64,000 nt of DNA, from NCBI RefSeq assembly GCF_009914755.1, contig NC_060938.1. The stretch is one strand, 5' to 3'. Source of the stretch: the human T2T-CHM13v2.0 reference genome, Homo sapiens. Position numbers and translations under genes: made by a program. A model generated the notes under the pieces. The model did not search any database, had not been told where the DNA came from, and saw nothing but the letters and a program-made list of their open reading frames with translations. Each line of letters starts with the position of its first letter. Position 1 is the stretch's first letter. This document shows, piece by piece, positions 54,501 to 64,000 of this stretch.

Positions 54501-57500
54501 GATTCTGGGGACTCCAGAAGGGAATTTTGGGAGGGACATGGTCAAAAAATTACCTGTTGGGTATAATGTTCACTACTCTGGTGATGGATACACTAGAAAC
54601 CTAACCCTCACCATTATGCAATATATCAATGTAAAAAAACAAACCTGCACATGTACCCCTTGAATCTATAATGGGAAAGAAAAGAAATGAGGCCCCCAAA
54701 ATCAAAGTAACTTGGTAAACTTCACACACACAGTTAGTGAAAGAGTCAGTACTAAAATTAAATTGTTCCAATATCATTGTTTTAATAACTCTTAAGGCAA
54801 CTCTACCCTACAACACATTGCTTATACCCACTCCAAGTGTCCTTGGTAACTTCTCTCCACAATGATATGTTTATAGAAAGTATTAAGCAATGTCAAGGTG
54901 CCTTATGACTTGTTTCTCTTCTCATCAGGTGATGTTTGACAATATTCAGAATACTCTGCAATATTAGAGTTTTTGCCCCTCTTCCTTGGGGATTTTCCAG
55001 TATCAGCCTTTTCTAGTGATTGATGTTTACATCTATATTGCTCTATGCAAGTTATAGAAGTGCATCCAAATACACAGCTTAAACTTATTTGTAACATTAA
55101 ATAATTAAATGCAGTGTTAGATGGTGACCTCATGAAATCTGAATAATTACACTAAACAGTATAAATGTCAAATATGAATCAAAGTCAAATATGAATGCCT
55201 ACATGTCTCATGGTCATTATTTTCTCTTAAATATCATTGTATTTTCCAGGGTTCTTGTATTTATGGTTAAAATTATTCCTCATCTATTTCAAGAGTTCAC
55301 CCATGCCTAGCATGTAGAAAAAGGTGCTCATTGTTTTTGATGAATATTTTGCTTTTCCAATGTATTAGTACTTCCCAATTAAATGTTGTAATTATGCATT
55401 TTAATCAGTTTCAATTTGTGAGAAGTGGTACATTAACCTCATCTACAGCCCTTTCTTTTAAGGTGCTGCTGATAATAAAGCCTAGCCCATTCTTGACAAG
55501 TTATTTTGACTCTAACTTTGTTTTTCCTTTGTTAATGCAAAATTAGGGAAAATCTTGCCTACTCTGAAAGAATTTCAGAGACTCTGCACAAACCAGACAG
55601 CCTGTCTTGGGCCATGCTACCAAAAGTGTTCACAGTGGCTGATGTCATTTTTTGGTGGTTTTATCTCACAATTGTACTGGTTCCCATGAGGAAATGAATA
55701 AATGCCTTATATGGAATATATAGATAAAAAATAGGACCTTGAATTACATTATATTTAATTTTACCAATATTTTTAAAATATTCATTTCAATTTCAGTCAT
55801 TTTTCTTTTTATGTACTACAGATATGTTTAAAACAATAATTTTAAAAATATCATTAGAGTTCACAATTTTATATTTTCTTTAAAATACCCCAGGCATCAT
55901 TGTCCTTAGAGACTTCTGTAATTTAAAATAGTCAAATATATTAAATAACCATCTATACATCCTTTTAAACTTGGAATTTATTTTTGATATTTATTATTCA
56001 ACATTCTTCCTTTAATTGTTTTAATTCTGTCAAAAACTACATTGAAGTTAAGTCAACAGAAAAAAAAATCTAACAGACACCGTATTTTAAGCCACAGAAA
56101 TGCAAATAATTAGTTTAGCCCATTTATTTTTTACATTTTTTCAAAGCATTACAAATAACTATTTCACTGAATTCTATCTTCTGTCATGGGACAACAATAA
56201 ATTTTAAAATGTGATAGGTTGGTAAGTAAAAAGTAAACCTTTCAATAAGATGATAAAATATGATGAAAACATAGGAAACTTGTGTGGACTTAGGTTTTAA
56301 AAGCATATGTAGAATGGTATCACTTTATGATCTTGTTTAAAGATAATTTGTTTAATAGTTTACATTTTAATTGGGCTACAGATTTTTTTTTTCCATACTG
56401 CAAAGCAATTCACATGGTGAATGCCTCATACTCTGTAGGCAAATAGTGATGCAGAGAATACACAGATGGAGAGGCTTCCTGGGGTAGTGTGTATGAACAT
56501 TTGGGCTCTGCACAATTGGTGCTCATTGAAATACAGAGTATGTTACTATTTTTAGATCTAGTGTACATTCCACAGGTACTGGATCTGTAAAATAGGAATG
56601 CGATATCTACATTGCAGAATTGTTTTGAAAACAAATCATGTGCTTTAAACATCTCAGGTGTTCTGCAAATGTTAGCTTCTCTGTTTAATATAATGACTAT
56701 GCACTATTTTAGGGAACAATACTCTTTTCCCTACTGCTAGAACCACAAGAGTGGCTATTGTTTTGCAATACGAATTTAGCCACTCAGTTTTATAAACATT
56801 GTAATTGTAACCATGTAGCCTCTTTTTTAGCTGAAGTATGTTGCAAAGATGTTTTGCTTTTCCAATCTTACCTTTCTTTAGCCACCTGTCTTATCTTTTT
56901 TCTTCCATATTAGTATTGCTGATTAGTTATCAGCTAAACATTGGCAGGTCTTTCATTTTAAAAGTAGTCAAAATGTTAATAATAAAATGAATATATATTT
57001 ATTTCAAAATAAACATGATTTTGACTAAATTGTCTTTTATTTAAAATTATTCTGAAACGAGATTGCTAAATTAATTATGCTGTAAAAAATACTATCATTT
57101 ATTCTGATGTACATCTAATTGATTTTATGTATGTATTGTTTTTTCCACATGTAATCAATAATAAAAGTGCATATTAAATAAAAAGATATCATTTCAATGA
57201 AATAAGTGGAAAAATGGCAGGGTTAAGTAGGAAGTTGGAAGACACAGGAACACTGGCAATACCTGTAGTTAGAACATTTCTGTGCAGTGAATTAACCAAA
57301 CCAATAATGATAGAATAAAAAAAAAACTTTAAACAGAGTGTCAAAACAGAAGTTGTCATTTGAATGTGAAACTAATACTAATCAATACTATAAAAATAGC
57401 TTCCTGCAGAAGTAAATGTAATATTTTGACAATCGGAAAATTGTTGTATCTAATCAAAGTCACTTTGTATATGCTTATTATAGAAAAATTAACCTACGTT

Positions 57501-59060
57501 AGTTCTATACCTTGAATGACTGAGTACAAATTGTACAGAGAGAAGGATGTGGTCCTCACAGAGACGTCAAACATATAAAATAATTTTGCCTATTTTTTGT
57601 TTTTGGTATTATAGTTCAGGCTGACTCCAGAACTATCTGAGAAGATAGTGTGCTGGTTAATTAACACAGGTGTTTGCATTCACCTGCCACATATATCACT
57701 GCAGTGGAGGTTTAGAGCATTAGCCTTGAAAATTCAGTCAGGAAAGACCTATTTGTTCATTTGTCCAGGTGTGGTGTTCACCAAGGTATCTCCTGTGTGT
57801 TTTTTATTACTCTGATATATCAGGTTACCTTTTGTAATTTTGAACAGTGTCAGACTAATCAACTTTGGATCTTCTAGATCCACAAACTGGTGAAAAACTT
57901 GGGGTAAATCTACTGAGTTAATACTACAAAAATAATAGTCAGCTATTCTTTATCTTGTATCTTGCTTTAAATAAAAAAGTAAATGTATTCACAATATGTT
58001 CAAGCACACTGATATTTATAAACATTAGACAAATACTTAAGAGAAATGCTTAAAGAATCATATTTACTGTATCTGCTTGCCATATCTCTCAACAAAATAG
58101 ATAAATCAGATCACATTTACTGTATCTACCTTCCATACATTTCAACAAAATTGATAAATTGCAATAATATTCATTTTCTAAAAATTTGTGTCTTTTATAT
58201 CCATTCTGTATACACAGGCAATTGAACAAAAGATACCATATTTTTAACTGAAACTCACATGATATCCAATGAATTTGCATAATTTTTTCTTTTGAAATAA
58301 CAAATTATACTGCTAACAAAACAGGATGAGTTGGAGATGATCTGTGAGCACACTTAGGGAATAGGATTATAGCATCTGTTCTTCCCCAGTGTGTCAGAGA
58401 TTAAGATACCATACCACGCTATTTCATGAATTCCCAAGAAAAAAAATCACACTTTGAAAAGTCTACTGAGTTGATGTTTTTCTTTATTTTTGCCAAATCA
58501 AATTTAAGGTTACTTTTTTGTGGTAATGTAAGTAATAAATCATAATTTCTCAACATACTATTTTACAACATACTTGAGTGTCCTTTTGTACTGTTGAAGT
58601 ATACTTTTAATGGAAATACCCAAATATTTCAGCAATATTTTCTGCTAATAATTTTATTGAATTTCAAAAATGATATTTGCTTTAACAAGATGTGATACAG
58701 TTATAGAGGCTGGTATTTAGATGTATCTGCACAAATAACCACTAGAATAGAGCAGTAATTAAAAAGAGTTAAGCCTATCGAACTCACTTCCACATTTATT
58801 ATAGTTTGCACTTGAAAAAGTATTATAAGAATATCTGATTGGAAGTAATGTATATAATTCAGTAAATTTACTTCAAGGGAACCATTATTTTATTATTTTA
58901 ACTGGGAAATCAAGTTCAGTTAAATAAATTAGCCAAGTTATAGTAATAATGTTAAGATAATTTTTAAAAACTGGTGTTAAGATTTTAGTTGATTCATACC
59001 AGCATATACAATTCTTCTAATATTACTTGTCAAAAGGCTAGTATTTCACTATTTAATTAC

Positions 59061-59990
59061 TGTATTAGTTGTCTATTGCTAAATAACAAATCATCTAAAA
59101 CTTAGTGGTTTAAAACAATAATAGCAATTTGCTGTCTTTTACAGTTTCTCTGGGTCAGGAGTTCAGGAGCCGTTTGGCTGACAGTCCTGGCTGGGATATC
59201 TCATGTTGCATTGGTAGAGTATATGCAGTCAGAGGATCATTTCAAATGCTTCTTCACTCTCGTGTTTGGTACCTGGACTGGGAAAACTTGAATAGCTGGC
59301 AGTTGAAATAGGTAACACTCCCTCGGCATCTCTTTCTTTATTTTTTTCTCTCCACATGATCTCACCAACATGATGGCTTCAGAACAGTCAAATATCTTCC
59401 ATGGAGACTCCAGGCTCCAAAGATGTGAATTCTATTTGAAAGAGACCTAAGAGAAAACCTGTTTGTTTTTTCTAACATAACCTCAGATGCCAAATTTCCA
59501 CTGCATTCTTTTTGTTAAAAGTGAGTCACTAAGCTGACTCATATTTAAGAAGTGGGGAATTACACTCTAATTTTTGTGAAGGAATGCCCAAAAACATTGC
59601 CACGAAGATGAAAAGTAGCATTATCTGCTGTCTGCCTGCAAACTATTTACAGTCCTGCCACATTCAAGATATACAAGCTTCCCCTCCATTGATTACCAAA
59701 ATTGTATTTATTACAGCATTAAGCACAGGCTCAAGTTCTAGAATTCCATCTTTTAAATCTTGTCCAGGTATACATGTGCCAGCTTCGGCGTCATCATTGA
59801 GTACAGCAACTAAAGTATAGTCCTTCTCCATCAAAGGACATTAGTCTAAAGAGACGCTTATGCTTCCTACCCCCACCACTAACACATCAAAAGACAATCG
59901 CTGGAAAGAAGTAGGGTAAGTGATGTAGTTCCTTATTTTTACAAAAAGTATTTGGGCAAAGCAGCAGGCAAACAGGTGTCACTTTGGCAG
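59061..59990 (-). mobile_element. MaLR LTR (MLT1F/G-like, 59061-59620) plus adjoining MLT1-internal fragment
   Basis: tgtattagttgtctattgct..aaaacttagtggtttaaaacaa..tgggtcaggagttcagg; downstream caggctcaagttctagaattccatc resembles MLT1-int. Confidence 0.75.
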
Positions 59991-60387
59991 TAGAATGAAA
60001 GATTTTAAAATCATCTTGCAACACAATTTATCATTTGCTTTCAAAACTATGAAGCAGAAATCTGAGAATCATACTTTTAAAATCAGAAATGAAATAAAAG
60101 GTTATTGGGTCTACTCTTTCTCAAAATTTAATCCTTGGATCATCTACTTAATCATAGTTTAGAGGGTTTGAAATTCCTGAGGCACAAATGAACTTTTTTC
60201 AAGAAGTCCTACATTTGGAGACAGGAGGAGTGGCATAGGAGAGGAAAACAGAATTCCCGGAAGGAGAGAAGCAGCAGCAGCTTCACAGTGTGGCCTCTTC
60301 CACCTCCTCCTCTCCTTCTGGCACTGACAGCACCTGTCTTATGCAGTGTGAACATGTGAAAACAACTTCAACTTTTTAAATTGGAAA

Positions 60388-63300
60388 TGGAGATAAGATG
60401 GCTGACTATGTGCAGCCAGTGAGTGCTGCTCCCACTGACAGAAATCAAATTATTGAGTAAACCACCATAATTTGGGAAGATATTCAGAGAGAAAATGATG
60501 AGAGTGTATGAAGAAGTGATGCTAAAGTGATGCTTAAGAAGAAGGATGCTGGAAACCCTGCACAGGGTACTCAAGAGGAGGGCTAGTTCCCAGTCGTGAA
60601 TGGCTCCTGGGGAAAGGGTAAGAGAGGGAACTGAGAGAAAGCTCATTCTCACTACAGATCTCTGGGATCTTAGGACTCTGTACCCTGTGGAATTGTCAGA
60701 TGGCAGAGGCATCTACCCAGAGAGCAGGCAGAGACAGACTTTCAAATGGCATGTAGTCAAAGAACTTTTGTTCACTGGGCAGCTCTAGTGGAGGGTGACC
60801 ATAGAAGCCCACCTCCTAGGGTGTCCCATTTCCCTCTGGGAGGTGCTGGCTCCAGCTAACTGTGAACTAGAAGACAACAGGGTTGGCTTCCTTGCTGGAC
60901 TGTGGTACCTCTGCTCTATAAGGCTTTCTACCTGCCAGCCCATTTCAGGGCCTGTGCCTAGCCACCTAGCAGAAGAAGTTGGACAGTGCAACCTTCACAG
61001 CCCAGCCTGAGTATGTTGTTCCACCTGAGTACTATTTTGGTGAAGGGGGAGCACCTAGGATCCTCAAACACATCTGGAACCTCACTATGAGCCATAGGAC
61101 ATCATAGTGCTCCAGGGCCATGGTGCAGAGCTCAGGAGTACTAATCCAAGATCTGTGGCCAACACTCAAGGTAGGGAAGAGCCCCTAGTGTAAGAGCACT
61201 GAGGGAGGCAATATTTTTAGGTTTCTGGTCCAGGGGAGTGGGGCATGCCTCCTTTCACAGGGCCAGGCCAGAAAGGATGTGGCATATTCTCCTGCCTTAG
61301 CTTCTTCCTAACAGAGCCATACAGCCAGGAACACCTAACAAAATAAATGTGGGCACAGCAGCAGTGAGCAGAGGGTGCTCCCCCAAGACCTGGGAGCAGA
61401 TCTGTTCAAGTCCCATCTCTCACCTTACTCCATATCAGAGCATGCCTGCAAACAAGAGGAACTAGAAAAGAACCACATGGTTGTGCATTAGCCTAGCTAC
61501 TGTGTGTTGCTTTTAAGTGCCGTCTGCTAGATTGCAGCCAGAACTACAACACCAAAAATTTTTAGGCTAATACATAAAACTCTGTAACCAAATACAAGAA
61601 TTCAACCACACGTAAATATCCTGTACAGACTCCTGGCCTTCTGCAAGCATCCATAAATGAAGCCAACTGACTATACTCAACTTATACCATAGTTAAAGGC
61701 ATACAAACCCTCACAGATGAGAAAGAATCAATGAAAGGACTCTGGCAATTCAAAAATCCAGAGTGTCCCTTTACCTCAAATTAGTCTGCTAGCCCATCAG
61801 CAATGGTTCTTAACTAGTGTGAAATGACAGACAGAATTCAGAATCTGGATGACAAGCAAGCTCCTTCAGATTCAGGGGAAAGTTGAAATTCAATCCAAGG
61901 AATCCGGTAAAATGATCGAAGATCTCAAAGGTGAAAAAGCCATTTACAAAAGAACCAAACTGAAATTCTAGAGCTGAAATTTTCATTACAAGAAATTCAT
62001 AAAACAATCAGAGGTATTAACAGCAGAATAAACCAAACTGAGAAAAGAATTTTGTACTCAAGAACTAGTTCTTCAAATCAACTCTGTCAGAGAAAAATTT
62101 TAAAAGAACTTTAAAAATCAAAAATGCTTCCTAGAAATGTTGGATTGTGTAAACAGACCAAATCTATGATGCATTGACATGTCTGAGAGAGGAGACAGAA
62201 TAAACAACTAGAAAAATATATTTGAGGATACAACTCATGCATATTTCCCTAATCTCACTAGAGAGGTTGACATGCAAATCCAAGAAACAAAGAAAACCTC
62301 AGCTAGGTACTATGCAAGAAAACCAACCCCAGTCCACATAGTCATCAGAATCACCAAGGCCAATGCAAAAGGAAAAATCTTAAAGCAATATAGAGAAATG
62401 GGCTAAGTCGCTTTGGAACCTGGTCAGACTAGCAGCAGACCTCTCAGCAGAAACCTTTCAAGACATAAATGATTAGGGGCATATATTAAGTGTCCTTAAG
62501 GAAAAAAAATCCAATCAAGAATTTTATATCTTGCCAAACTAAGCTTCATAAGTGAAGAAGAAATAAAATTCTTCTCAGACAAAGAAACATTTAAGGAATT
62601 TTTTTCAACTAGACTAGCCTTACAAGAAGTCCTTAAGGGAGAGCCAAACATGGATTCCAAGAAACATTACCTACTACCACAAAAAGACAGTTAAGTACAT
62701 AGCCCACAGGCACTATGAAACAACTACACAGTCAAGTCAACATGATAACCAGCTAACAGCATGATAATAGAATCAAAATCACATATATCAATACTAACTT
62801 TGAATGGAAATGAGCTAAACTCCTCATGTAAAAGACAGAGTGGCAAGCTAAATAAAATGCCCAGACCCAACCATCTGTTGTCTTCAAAAGATCCATCTCA
62901 TGTGTAATGATAGCCACAGACTCACAGCAAAAAGACAAAGAAGGGTCTATCATGCAAATAGAAAACAAAAATGAGCAGGAGTTACTAACTTTATATCAGA
63001 TAAAACACTTTAATAAAATTAAGAAGAAAAATACAGCACATTACCTAATAATAAAGGTTACAATCCAACAAGAAAACTTAACTATCCTAAACATGTACAC
63101 ACCAAACATTGGAACTCCCAGATTCATAAAGCAAGTTCTTCCTGGCCTACAAAAAGACTTGACAACTACACAGTAAACTGTGAGATTTCAACATCCAAAT
63201 GACAACATTAAACAGATTATTGAGGCAGAAATCTAACAAAGAATCTCTGAACTTAAACTGAACCCTTGACTGATTGGACCTACTTGACATCTAAAGAACA

Positions 63301-64000
63301 CTCCACTCTACAATGACAAAATTTACATTCTTCTCATTTGTACATATAATATATTGTAATATCAACCACATTCTTGGTTATAAAGTAAGTTTTAATATAT
63401 TCAAAAAAACTGAAATCATACCAAGCATATTCTCAGACCACAGTGCAATAAAAATAGAAGCAAATATCAAGAGGAATACTCAAAACTACAGAAATATGTG
63501 GGAATTAAACAACTTGCCCGTAAATAACTCATGGGTAAACATTGAAATTAAGGCAATAATTTTAAAAATTTCTGAAATTAATGAAAAGAGAGATAAAACT
63601 TACCAAAATTTCTGGGATGCAACTAAAGCAGTGTTGAGAAGAAAGTTTGTCATCCTAAATGCCTTCATCAAGGAGACAGGAAGATCTCAAATTAACAGTC
63701 TAACTTTGTATTTAAAAAAATAGAAAAAAAATCAAGCTACCAGAGACAATAAATAACTAAAATTAGAGAACTGAATGACACTAAATGCAAAAACCCATTT
63801 AAAAATAAATTAAACCAAGAAGTGTTTTTAATAAACAAGATTGATGGCAACAGAATAAACAAAGAACAAAAAAGAAGCTTCAAATAAATTCAGATCACAC
63901 AAAAATGCAAAAGATCTTTAGAGAATACTATGAAAACCTCCATGCACACCAATGAACAAATCTAGAATAAACGGACCAGTTCCTAGAAACACACAATCTC
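60388..64000 (+). mobile_element. Old L1 (L1PA15-17/L1PBa-like): 5'UTR, decayed ORF1 and ORF2 endonuclease region; runs off the window
   Basis: 5' end aagatggctgactatgtgcagccag; ORF1 gaaatgacagacagaattcagaatctggatg; ORF2 endonuclease peptides TILNMYTPNIGTPRFIKQVL (62907-63176) and SIFSDHSAIKIE (63313-63723). Confidence 0.92.

Noticed and set aside
60388-64000. Potentially active L1
   Set aside because: Old subfamily with ORF1 and ORF2 broken by many stops and frameshifts. The same holds for the other L1s.

Overview
AT-rich, CpG-poor primate (human-like: AluJ/S/Y, L1PA, THE1) genomic DNA that looks like a gene desert or a very large intron. I can support no protein-coding gene, RNA gene or CRISPR-type system. 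The ORFs I could assign are decayed L1 ORF1/ORF2, Alu, THE1-internal or microsatellite read-throughs, and the rest are short with no recognisable product. Roughly half or more of the window is transposon-derived: three multi-kb old L1s (about 9.4-14.7 kb, 38.3-44.6 kb and 60.4 kb to the end), several truncated L1s, eight Alus, a full-length THE1B provirus, many solo MaLR/ERV LTRs, MER20, MER58A, MIR and L2. The most unusual structures are mutational fossils: (1) a ~280-bp local segment re-inserted 4.4 kb downstream between two copies of an ~85-bp L1 piece, a template-switch signature; (2) several fold-back inverted duplications centred on TA repeats, the largest with ~100-bp arms at 50160-50499; (3) a twin-primed, 5'-inverted L1 later split by an intact THE1B whose two LTRs both carry DUX4-type motifs. 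I found no convincing new biological system. Subfamily names come from remembered consensus motifs, not a database search.
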